DNA from: Reclinomonas americana ATCC 50394
Lineage: Eukaryota
NCBI GenBank assembly: GCA_048213135.1
Contig: PS015101.1
Span: 89,456 to 124,712, forward strand
Direction: 5' to 3'
Length of the DNA stretch: 35,257 nt
The notes below the pieces were generated by a model. That model worked only from the letters and a program-made list of their open reading frames with translations, was not told the DNA's origin and did not search any database. A program made the position numbers and the translations under genes. The number at the start of each line of letters is the position of its first letter. The first letter of the stretch is position 1. Below are positions 1 through 10,800 of this stretch, piece after piece.

Positions 1-28
1 GTCAGTCGTCGCCCGTCGTTGTCTCCAC

Positions 29-29
<1 letters not shown>

Positions 30-67
<38 letters not shown>
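30..67. repeat. (CT)n microsatellite
   Basis: Uninterrupted TC dinucleotide run. Confidence 0.95.
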
Positions 68-71
<4 letters not shown>

Positions 72-114
72 GTTGCCACTGTCTCTCAGTCGCACTTGTT
101 GTCTCACGGCCTCC

Positions 115-480
115 TTCCCTCTGCAGTGGTTCACTCCTCCGTCAGTCTCTCATTCGCTCACTTCTCGTCTCCAGTCTCTCTGTCAGTCTCCTCAAAACTG
201 CGGTGCTTCACTCCTCCGTCAGTCTCTCCTTCGCTCAGCTCTCGTCTCCAGTCTCTCTGTCAGTCGCACACGTGCCTCCTTTACTCTGCAGTGGTTCACT
301 CCTCCGTCAGTCTCTCATTCGTTCACCTCCGTCTCCAGTCTCTCTGTCAGTCGCACAATTGCCTCACGGCCTCCTCAAAACTGCGGTGCTTCACTCCTCC
401 GTCAGTTTCTCATTCGCTCACCTCTCGTCTCCAGTCTCTGTGTCAGTCGCACACGTGCCTCCTTTACTCTGCTCTGCAGC
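115..480. repeat. Degenerate modular tandem repeat, 4 copies of a ~60-nt core, probably intronic in CIAO2B
   Basis: The core TTCACTCCTCCGTCAGTCTCTCATTCGCTCA..CTCGTCTCCAGTCTCTCTGTCAGTC recurs near 130, 207, 295 and 390, joined by alternating linkers. Confidence 0.85.
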
Positions 481-977
481 ATTCTGCAGTCTTTCTCGTT
501 CTCTCACTGTCGCTCATTTGTTGATCACCGTTCTCCTTTTCTCTCACTTTATGCACCCCTCCGTCAGTCGCTCCTTCATTGCCCTGCTGTCACACGCGTA
601 TCTCTTGCCATCTCCTTCTGTCTTATTCTCTCCGCAGCTCGTTGTCATTCTCACTCCCGGGCTACTGCGTTGGCTGTGGCTCTCCTCCACTGTGCAGTTT
701 CTTATTCGTTGAGTTGTCGTTGTCTTCATGTTTCATCTCCATCCTCCTCCTCCCTCGCTCTCTCACACATCCTTTGACGTGTTATCTCGTCGCGCTTGGC
801 TGCTGTTCTTGTTCTTTCCACCTTCTCTTTCTTTCCGGATACTATTCTCTTGCAATAGTTCATCCTTTGTCATTATCGTCGTCTCGCCTGCATCCTGCTC
901 CTCTCGCACTCATTCTGTGTCGTCTCCTCCCTCTCAACCCCCTCCCTTCCCCTCTCTCACCCCCTTCCCCCTCTCAG

Positions 978-1333
978 ACCTCATCCGTGACATCAACGAC
1001 CCCGAACACCCCTACACCCTGGAACAACTCAAGGTCCTCCGTCTGGAGCACGTGCACGCCGACGACACGCGATCTGCCGTGCGCATCATGTTCACCCCGA
1101 CGATCCCACACTGCTCCATGAGCTCGCTCATCGGTCTGTCGATTCGCGTCAAGCTCGCTCGCTCGCTTCCGTCGCGCTTCAAGGTCGACGTTAGCGTCTT
1201 CCCCGGCTCGCACGCCTCGGAGGAGGCACTCAATCGGCAACTGAATGACAAGGAGCGTGTGGCGGCGGCGCTGGAGAATGGCCCGCTGCTCGAGGCCGTC
1301 AACAAGTGCCTCAACCGGGAGACCATGTTCTGA
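978..1333 (+). CDS. CIAO2B: Cytosolic Fe-S assembly component CIA2B/MIP18 (FAM96B family), terminal exon; 5' exon(s) not identified in the window
   Basis: After a polypyrimidine tract and CAG at 975-977: [18 protein letters not shown]...[22 protein letters not shown]...[14 protein letters not shown], the hallmark FAM96 motifs. TGA at 1331-1333. Confidence 0.93.
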
Positions 1334-1687
1334 GGAATTAAAGAAGGCTGTGTGTATGCGTACCGTTGCGTTCCTCCCACTTGACTTGCCCTGAGGCCGG
1401 GAGACCATCACCAAGTGCCTCAACCGGGAGACCATCCTCTGAGAGAGTATGAATGTCTTCACGCTCCTCTCCCCGCCGTCGTCAGACCCAGTAAACACGT
1501 GGAGACCATGTTCTGAAAGATGAAATAACAAGTGTCGCGCCCCACGTCGCATGCCCGGAGAACCGTCAACGGTGCCTCGGATCACGCTGAAATAGTAAAG
1601 GAGAGGGTCGTCGGTGTCCATCGCATTGCATTCCTCGCACTCCGCTTACCTTGAGTGCCTCAACCGCAGCGGGAGACCATGTTCTGA
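1304..1687 (+). repeat. Dispersed partial copies of the last ~30 nt of the CIAO2B CDS
   Basis: AAGTGCCTCAACCGGGAGACCATGTTCTGA (1304-1333) recurs wholly or partly at ~1398, 1413-1442, 1501-1516, ~1557-1577 and 1654-1687. Confidence 0.85.
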
Positions 1688-1769
1688 TATAGTAAAGAAG
1701 AGGGACCGTGTATTGATTGCATTCCATCCCTTTCCCCTTTCCTTACCACCCCCTTCCCCCCTTCCCTTC

Positions 1770-2912
1770 TCACTTCCCCGCCACCGTCGGCCGCTTCTCC
1801 GCCAACTCCATAATGTAATTCCACTCGTCTTCGCGCACCGGCTGCACACTGAGGCGCGACTGGCGGAAGAGCTTCATATCGGCCAGTGCCGAGGACAGCG
1901 GTGGCTTGCCTGCGCGACGATGAGCGATGGGGGAGACAATGATCGCACAAGGTGTTGTCCACACCTTTCACCGAGACACCACCGTGCATCTTGAGCTCGG
2001 GCAGCGGAATCGGCCGCTTCATGTGCTTCACGTAGTCCCACGAGACGCAGTACCACTTGGGAGCGACACGTTGCGACGTGCCATCATAGTACTGACTCTT
2101 GGCTGTGTCGAGGAGAGGCATGAGAAGATCTCATACTTGTGTGCGGAAGACGAAGGGGCTGTCGCACGCAACAATCAAACTGTGTCTCGTCCGGGTGCGC
2201 CTCGTCAGCCACCTACATGCATCAATCATCGTCAGCAGACAGGCATCACTCCACCACAACAGCTTGCCACTTCTGAATGGTACCTGGACAACACCAACAA
2301 TGCCAGGATCTGTCGCGAATCCGCGGAAGAATGAGCGACACAGCAGAAGAGTGTGAGAAAGAAGGGGAAAACATCGCAACTCTTGCCCGAGTGGTAAACT
2401 GGCCACACCAACAAACAACGAGCCACACTCAGTGAGTCACAGCATACAATGCAGGCGATCGAGAGATGCACTCAACAGAACGCCAGATCGCCCTTCTTCA
2501 TGTCGTTCTTCATAAAGTTCTTGGCCTGCACATTACGCACACCATGCCAGTCCTACACAACAAGCAAGTCAGAGAGAGAGAGAGCAGAGACAAAAACGCC
2601 AGCTTGTATCATGCACCTCCGTCTGCGCAACACACACAGTGAGTGATCACAGATGCTCTCTCTTACTATCGCGTGCGTGTATGCAAAAGGCACCTTCACT
2701 CTAGCCATCTTCTCAATGCTGCACTCCTCCGGCTCACTCTTGATCAACCAGTATCCCACCAGCGAAGAAGACGAGCCAGACGCCGATGCGCGCTTGCTCT
2801 CCGGCTCATCTGTGCGCGACTACATAAGACACAAGACAGAGATACACAAGCGAGAGAGACACGAGCCTTCGTCGGGTTCCTCTGTCTTCAGTGTGCGCTT
2901 TTTGCTCGACAT
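1770..2912 (-). CDS. THYN1: EVE-domain protein (thymocyte nuclear protein 1-like), ~8 exons
   Basis: Spliced: MSSKKRTLK...GYWLIKSEPEECSIEKMARVK-TE-DWHGVRNVQAKNFMKNDMKKGDLAFFYHSGKNPGIVGVVQVADEAHPDETQFDSKSQYYD...PKWYCV...RQSRLSVQPVREDEW. Matches the EVE motifs YWLxKSEP, WxGVRN, FFYHS and RLSVQPV. Confidence 0.92.
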
Positions 2913-2971
2913 TAGAGTGAAAATCGTGGTGAAACGGCTCTCTTTCTCACAATCACATAACAGTGTTTTTG

Positions 2972-5900
2972 ATGGCGGAGAGCAGTGTGCTGACTCTCCT
3001 CAGTGAAGAGGAGCAGGGCACAACACCGCGCAGTGTCTTTGACAAGGTCTCATGGAGCACAGAGACCATACACGAGCTGGTCACCAAGGCACATGTCTTT
3101 CTCTCACAACCCTTCGCCTCTGCCTTCCCGCTCACTCCTCTGTGTGTTGCACAGATCATTCTGCACCTCATGGGCGACCGCAGGACACCTGAACAGACAG
3201 AGAGCCTGCGTCGTCTGTCGCCTGAGCAGCTGAATGCGCTGTTGGCCAGCAAGCGACACTTACTACGAATGACGGACTCGCGCGGTCGCACGTTCCTCTC
3301 GCACGCAGCCGAGTTGCGTGTCTTATAAAGGCTTGTGTGTGTTGCTGCTGACTCATGGGGGCGTGTCTGGCACAGGTGGGGCAACACAGAGCTAGTCACG
3401 TTTCTGCTGGAGCATCTCAGTCCGAATGTGCAAGACGAAGGTCGCGCAGTGACAGCTTGTTGCTGCTCTTTTGCTTGCCGGCTCACTGTGTATGTGATAG
3501 ATGGACGCACTGCGCTGCACTATGCGTGCTGGATGGGCCAGATGCAGAGCGTGAATCGCTTGCTGGCGCACCCGGATATCGATGCTGAGGTGGCCGACAA
3601 TCAAGACGTGTTGCGTGCTTTTCTCACTCGCTTTTTTTGCTCCTGCGTTGTGGCGTGCTCAAGGCGAAGGCGTAGGTGTCCGATCCATGAGGCGTGTCGG
3701 CTGCAGCAGGCGTCGGTGGCGCGTGCACTGGTGGCGGCGAATGTCTCGGTCAATGTGCGCGATTTGTCGCTGCGCACGCCGTTCTTGTGGGCGTGTCGGT
3801 ATGGATCGCCGGCCACTGTGCGCTACCTGCTGGAGGAGGTGTGTTGGTTAAGAGTCTCTCTCTCTCTGTCGCTCGTCGCGTTGCTCATTCGCGACGCAGA
3901 CCACGGCGGACGCGGATGCCACGGATCGCGAGGGCATGCATGGCATTCATCTCGCGGCCACGTTTGGTCACCGCACGACAGTCTTTCTGCTGATCCAGCT
4001 GCTGGGAGCGGATGTGCTGGAGCTGCAGAATACGCGGAGTGGACGCACAGCACTGCACTTTGCCGCCTCGTCGATCTCGCCGCAGAGTAGCCTCATTGTC
4101 GCCGACTTGATCGACTGGTGTGTACGCGCGATTGCTCCTGGCCACTCTTGATGCACGCATGGCTGACATCCTTTCTCGCCATGCGCAGTGGTGCCGACGT
4201 GAATTGCACTGGGTCGGACGGTCGAACGCCGCTAATGTGTGCATGCGAGTCTCCGGCGTCGGAAGTGACCGATGTGCTCTTGCGTCACGGCGCCGATGTG
4301 ACTCGCCGTGATCGAGGTCAGTGCTTGAGCGTACACAGAACATACTTTGCAGTTATTCTCACTCGTCGTATGCGTGTGCTTGTGTGAGCAGCGGGCGAGA
4401 CATGCATCCACGTGTGTGCTCGCTTCAACAATGTGCGAGCTCTGCGACGCATTCTCGACTTCCTCTCCAAGTCCACCTTTGTCACCCCCGACATGTACAT
4501 GCAACTCATCAATGCCCCTGCGTACAAGAGCGGCAACACGGCGCTCCATGTGGCCTCCAATGCGGGGCACTCGGAGGTCGTGNNNNNNNNNNNNNNNNNN
4601 NNNNNNNNNNNNNNNNNNNNNNNNNNNNNNNNNNNNNNNNNNNNNNNNNNNNNNNNNNNNNNNNNNNNNNNNNNNNNNNNNNNNNNNNNNNNNNNNNNNN
4701 NNNNNNNNNNNNNNNNNNNNNNNNNNNNNNNNNNNNNNNNNNNNNNNNNNNNNNNNNNNNNNNNNNNNNNNNNNNNNNNNNNNNNNNNNNNNNNNNNNNN
4801 NNNNNNNNNNNNNNNNNNNNNNNNNNNNNNNNNNNNNNNNNNNNNNNNNNNNNNNNNNNNNNNNNNNNNNNNNNNNNNNNNNNNNNNNNNNNNNNNNNNN
4901 NNNNNNNNNNNNNNNNNNNNNNNNNNNNNNNNNNNNNNNNNNNNNNNNNNNNNNNNNNNNNNNNNNNNNNNNNNNNNNNNNNNNNNNNNNNNNNNNNNNN
5001 NNNNNNNNNNNNNNNNNNNNNNNNNNNNNNNNNNNNNTCGATACTGGACAAGGTGCTTTTTGTTTGGAATTCAGTGCGCTCCTGCATCGCGGTGCTCACT
5101 CGTCCACACAACAACAGTGCGGCGCCAACATTTATGCAACCAATGCACTCGGAAGCACTCCTCTCCACGTCAGCGCACGCTCAGTCGAGGAGCTCTATGG
5201 CATTGGTGCGCGATTGTGCCCTGGCTCTCTCTCCCCAGTCTCTCTCTCTCTCTCCCTCCCTCCCTCCCTCCCGTTTCTCTCGCTCACACCTTTGCCCCCT
5301 CGCAGACCGCAGCCAGTTGCCGCTCTCCTTTGGCGACTCACCCGCCGGCAGTCCAACTCTGGAGCTGATTGCTGCCAGTCCAACGTACGGAATGGTCAAT
5401 GCAACCACGCCAGACGACGAAGAGGAGGATCAGGAGGGAGAAGAACACCTGCAGCCGCCCCGAGTTGTCGATATGCGCGACATGGCCACGAGTCCGGTGC
5501 AGCCACCGCGAGGGGCGATGAACTCGCGGCAGCGGTGGACCGCCGATGGCGACGGAGGTGCTCGTGCGCCTAATACAGGACAGCAGCAGCAGCAGCGACG
5601 CAGTGTGTCGCCGCCGCGGGCGTCCGGCCGCACATCGGGCGGTCCCATCTCCAGTTCCACGTTGACACTTCCGGGACCGACTGTGGCGTTCCAAACGACC
5701 ACCGTCACCACAGCCGTCGGTCATGCGGCGAGTGATGGAAGGCGCGAGTCTGCACACACTGGAAGTGGCGAAGAGCAGTTTGTTGTGTATCGCACGCCGG
5801 GCGAGGACGACGAGGTGGATGTGCCGCCTGCCGAACTCAGTGGCGACGACAATACGGGTCACCGTCGCACTGCGAGTGGCAGTGTGGCGGACGGCGAGGA

Positions 5901-7744
5901 GGAGGACGACGACGATGAAGAGCTCGGCGAGTGGTCGGGGCACCGTCCGGAGAGGAAACGACGACGCGCAAATGGCCGGTCACAGTCGCCACCGTCCACT
6001 CGCGGCAATGGCGGCCAGTCACCACCTCGTGCATCGCCGGTGGCGGCTCCAACGTCCGTGGGAAACCGCTCTCGCTCACCGCCGTCGGCGGGCAAGCGAC
6101 GCTCCACTTCGCCGACCGACGTGCCGGAATCGGAGCGCGGAGCTCACTTGCGCGCCGTTATCAATGCGACACACTCGCAAGTGCGGCAGATGCTGGAGCG
6201 ACGGAAGAAGATCTTGGTGCGTCTCTTACTCTCTTTATGCATTCATCTTGTGATGTGGTGACTGATTTCTGTCTCTGTCCGTCTGCAGGATCGCATGCAA
6301 GGCTCGGATCCGTCGGGGGCGCCTGCCTCGGAGGAGGAGGACAGGAGCGAGGGACCAGAGAGCAATGGAACCGACGTGAGTGCGCAGGGATTGGGTGCGC
6401 AGCGCCCACACGTGCGACTGTCAATATCCGACCTGATACCACCGGGCCCGGCCACCGTCACCGAATTGCTGCAATCGCGCACTGCTGACGGCTCGTCTCC
6501 GCCTCGTGGACGTCAGTCTCCTGTCACTCCGCCGCGTTCCGGATCGCCCATACACATCCGCTCGCCGTACTCGGTTGCCTCCTTCTCGCCCGGACCCATT
6601 ACGCCGTCACAGCATGAGCTGCATCCGCAGACGCCAGTGCATGCCACCATGGTGGTGGGGCCGCAGGGTGACCACCGTCGACTGATGATGCTTTCGTCAC
6701 CGACTGACTCTGAGGGTGAGCTCACGGCGCGCTCTGACGACGGCTACCTGAGTCACGACGGGCGTCGGTTATCATGGATTGGCTCGCCCGAGACGCCCAA
6801 CAGTGCAAGACCACGATCGCCGAGTCGTATTCTCGCATCGCCGGCCACGGCGGCCATCATGTCGAGCATCAGCGAGTCGGGTGGATTCATGGCTGCTGAT
6901 GGTGAGTGCTTTGTGTGTGAGTTGGAAGAAGATAGAAAGTGCGGTATCTCACTTGCGCGCGACTGCAGCTGTACCGGCCACATTGCAAGTCATGGTGGAG
7001 TCGCTCACGCTGACCATCACCACCGATGAGGTGTTCCAGGAGCGATCGGTACTTTTTCTTTTTCTTGTCTTTCTTACTGCGTGCATTGTATTTCCGCACT
7101 CGGTCTTACCTCTCCTGTTTGCAGTACAGTCGCACGGTGATCAACGACGCACTACAGTCGCACTTGAGCATCACGATTCCGGAGGTGCGTTCGCCATGGC
7201 TGTTGTGGTGGTGGTGTCTTTCATTTGTTGCTGACAGGCATTGGTGTGCACCACGCAGGGTTCCAATTTCTGCTTCCGTCTCGTTGTGCGTGTCACGGGC
7301 GACCGTGTGCCAACTGACGGCCTCGCTTGCATGCTGTTGACGCACAAGAAGCGTTGCGTGTGTCAATGGTCGATTTTTTCATGCAAGCGATCGTACTGAA
7401 ATCGTGGCCGTGCAGTGGTGGATCTGCCGTTTGGTCCCATTACACCACCGGTGGCACTCGAGTGCCGACTGCCCGACATTGGGACGAAGAAGGGCTTTGC
7501 CCATCGCTCCAAGCATCGAGCAAAGCTGGTGGTGCGTCAAGTGTCCGCCTGCATACACACGGTGCGACCCGTTGGTCCTCACCTCACCTGCCGCAGATTG
7601 TCGACGGCAAGGATAAGGCACTGTTCAAATTGCGAATATTGTGCCGTGAGTCTCTTCCCCAGTCATTATATCTCGTGACGCATCCTCACAACTTGTCTAC
7701 TGCGCGCAGGAATATGTTCACAAAGCTCGTTCTACTCGACGTGA
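2972..7744 (+). CDS. Ankyrin-repeat protein with a long Ser/Pro/Arg-rich disordered linker and a C-terminal RhoGDI-like (Ig-fold) domain; contains an N-gap
   Basis: Ankyrin motifs GRTFLSHAAEWG, GRTALHYACWMG, CPIHEAC, RTPFLWACRYG, GIHLAATFGH, GRTALHFAA, GRTPLMCAC, GNTALHVAS, GSTPLHVS. Spliced C-terminus VMVESLTL...SITIPEGSNFCFRLVVRV...DGLACMLLTHKK...FGP...KKGFAHRSKHRAKLVIVDGKDKALF resembles RhoGDI. Confidence 0.85.
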
Positions 7745-7802
7745 TACACCCACCTAATGTACTCCACAAAAATGCCCTGTTCTGTTTATCAACGCATGAG
7801 GG

Positions 7803-10800
7803 TTAGGGGGTGTGCGCAAAAGACTCCAGCTCGGCCAGCAGCTCGCTCTCGTCGTGATCGTCGTCGTCGACCTCAAACGTACTGTCGGCCGCCACCATCG
7901 TGTCGCCGTCAAAGGTGTTGAGGGGGAACGAGAGAGGGTTGGTGGCCGCCGTGCCGGTGGTGCCGGAGCCAGAGGAGATTGTCGACGTGTCGTCGATGGG
8001 TGGTGGCGACGTCCATCGCCTCTGGTGGCCAGGTGTAAGCGACGCGACCGACATGTTGGCCTGCTTGCTGGAGGACGAGCCGCCGCGTGGTGCCCGCCTC
8101 AGGGTCGACGACAACGGTGCCTGTGTTGGTGTGGGTGCTGAGGGGGCGGGCGAGGCCGGGGCTTGCGGCGGCGATGGAGCCCGAGCGTTTGACCCCGTTC
8201 CAGTGGTGGTCGACGTTGGCGTCCGAGTCGATCCTTGCGTCGTGTTGAGTGTCGAGTTCACGAACAGCAGCCGCGCGCCGCGCATGTTGCCCGGTGTATT
8301 TGACGGCGCCGGCGACGACGAGGCCGACGAAGATGCCGACTGCGGCGGTGATCCACGACCAGTGATGCGACTCTGCTGATTGTAACCAAGGCAAAAAGGA
8401 GAGAAACGAGTAAACCACTGCACGCTTCACAACCACAACAGGTGACAGGAACAGAGAGAACGCAAGTCATCGCAGGGAGGGAAGGCGAGCGGAGGGGTCA
8501 AGGAATAAGTGCGTCGACACACACCGCAAGGCAGAGAGTGCCACGTGCAGCGTACATTAACGGGCACATGAAACACACACACACACACACGGACGCGCCA
8601 CACACATACACATGTACAGAAACAATCACAAGACGTGGCTCGCTTGCAGGTCTTTCTGCAGCTGCTCTACCTCTTGTTCCAGTCGCTGGTTGCGTTCCAG
8701 AACTCGCCCGATTTGCGCGCTGGCACTGCCCAGTTGCACACTGGTGTGACTGCCGCCAAGAGTGGTGCCGCTGAGGTTGAGGGATGACGACGATGAGGTG
8801 TCGAGAATGGCCGACGGGGGCGATCGGGCGCGCGATCGCTGCACACGCTCCAACTCGGCCACATTCTGCGCGAGCGAGAAGGTGAGGACGGCGGGGTAGC
8901 ACAAGATCTCCCTGACTGCGAATGTGCCCGCACTGACCTGCACAAGACGTTGTGTCTGCGCCTTGAAATCATCTCGTTCGCGTTCCGCCACTGCCAGCTG
9001 CGAGCGCAACGATGCACACTCGGAGCGGAGCTTGGCTCGCGCCTCGTGTTCCCGCTGCAGGTCGCTGCGCACTGCGGCCAGCTCTTCGCCCAGGCGCTTC
9101 GCGTCCGCCTACCCATCATGCCTCCCGCGTGTGAGTGGCGTGGTGGTACTCTGTGTTACAGCTGCTGCAAGTTTGCCACACTCACCGCGTCCGGCAACGG
9201 CCCGCCGCCCTGCTGATGCTGGAGACGCTTGATCTGATCTTCACGACTGCGCAAAAGAGCCTTATGTACCTCCTTTTCACGCTGCAGCGAGGCCACCAAT
9301 GTCTTCAAGCCTTGCTCCTCCTGACTCCCAACAGTGAGTGTAACGTGAACAAGTTCCTCACCCCTCTCGCCACTCCGCACCTGCTTGTGCCACTCAATGT
9401 CGCTCTCGCACCGCTGCACCTTTTGCTCCAGCCGATTGATGGCCTCGATGGACTCGGTGCGATGTTCGCGATCGCGTGCTGCATCGGTCTCCAGCCGGGT
9501 GATTCTCTGCACACAAGCACACATCCAGTGAGAGTCGCGGGAGGGCGCAACGATGTAAAATGAGATGATCCCTGCGCGCACACATACCGTGTTGAGCTGC
9601 GAGACTTGCTGCTGGTACGCCAGTGCCTCCCGCTCCATGCGATGCACCTGATTCTGCAGAATGATGTTGCGCTGTTCCACTGTCGTCATTTCTGCCACGG
9701 TGGACTTGAAGCTGGCCATCAGCTCCTGCACGCATGCGCGTGACTATGACTGATGAATGCGCATGAAAAAAAAAGAAGACTGCATCGCGAAACCTCATTC
9801 TCCTTGCGCAGCTCAGCCATCACCATGTCTGCCGATGGCGACGAGACACGCACAGGTGGCGGAGGCGCAGCCGCAATGCTCTCGGCGTGACGGAGACGCT
9901 CCTCCAGTTCCGCAAGACGCGACTGAGGCACTCAGGTGAGACGCAGTAGCGCATGAGATGCAGATACAACAACACATCCGAACCTGCAGCGCATCGCTGT
10001 TTGCCTTGACCACCTGATGTGCCTCGGTGGCAGCCTTGAGTTGCTTCTCCAGTTGCAGCACTGCAGCTTGTCGGTCGGCGAGATCAGCCTGCCACACAGA
10101 CATACACTTACACACATGAGTGATGCTGAGTAGAGGACGAATATGTACCGGGTCGTTGTCACGCACCCTGAGCTTCTCTGCCGCAGATGCCGCCTGCATG
10201 TGTTCAACGTGCAGTCAGAAGAGCGAAGTGAAACATGAGGGTCACGATGTCGGAGCACACCTGTCGCTGGGCCTCTGCGGATGCCTTCACGTGGCCCTCC
10301 AGTTCTGCCACGGCCTGCTTGCGATCGGCCAACTCGTTCTGCTCGACAGAGTAAAGTCAGCTCACCGCACAAAATCACTTCTCATTCTCTAAGCTGCACC
10401 TTTAGGCCCATGACGGTGACATCGGCCTGCAGGCGCAAAAACAGTGCACGGTGTGAGTCACCGTGCGCAGTCAGAGTGAATGAGATTACAACACACCCGA
10501 TGGCGTGCCTCCACCGCGGCCTCCAGTTGCAGCTCGAGACGCGACACTGTCTGCGTCTGCTGCGCCACATCGCTCTCTACCTTGGCCAATCGCTGTTCGC
10601 GCTCCTGCAGACGTGCGGCAGTGTCGTGCTGCAGCTGCTGCAGCTCCATCACCTGGGCACGCTCTCGCACGAGTTCCTCCAACAAATCAGCTGCATTCGT
10701 CGCTGCTTCCGCGTCGTCAGGCGACCGCGGTGGCGACGGTGATGATTGCTGCTTGACAGAAGCAGCGCGCTGTTGCTTTTGTTGCTCCTCCTCTTCCTCT

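Noticed and set aside
19-777. S/L-rich ORFs, and the many antisense ORFs across the window
   Set aside because: They are translations of CT-rich repeats or GC-rich shadow frames opposite real exons, with no motifs.
1304-1687. CRISPR-like repeat-spacer array
   Set aside because: The repeats are irregular, partial copies of a eukaryotic CDS end; spacer lengths vary widely; there are no cas genes.
2103-2476. Reading GTTGCG donors as non-canonical G|TT...AGN| introns
   Set aside because: Shifting both ends by one base gives AFCYHS and FDCKS instead of the better-fitting AFFYHS and FDSKS, so the GT-AG cut is preferred.
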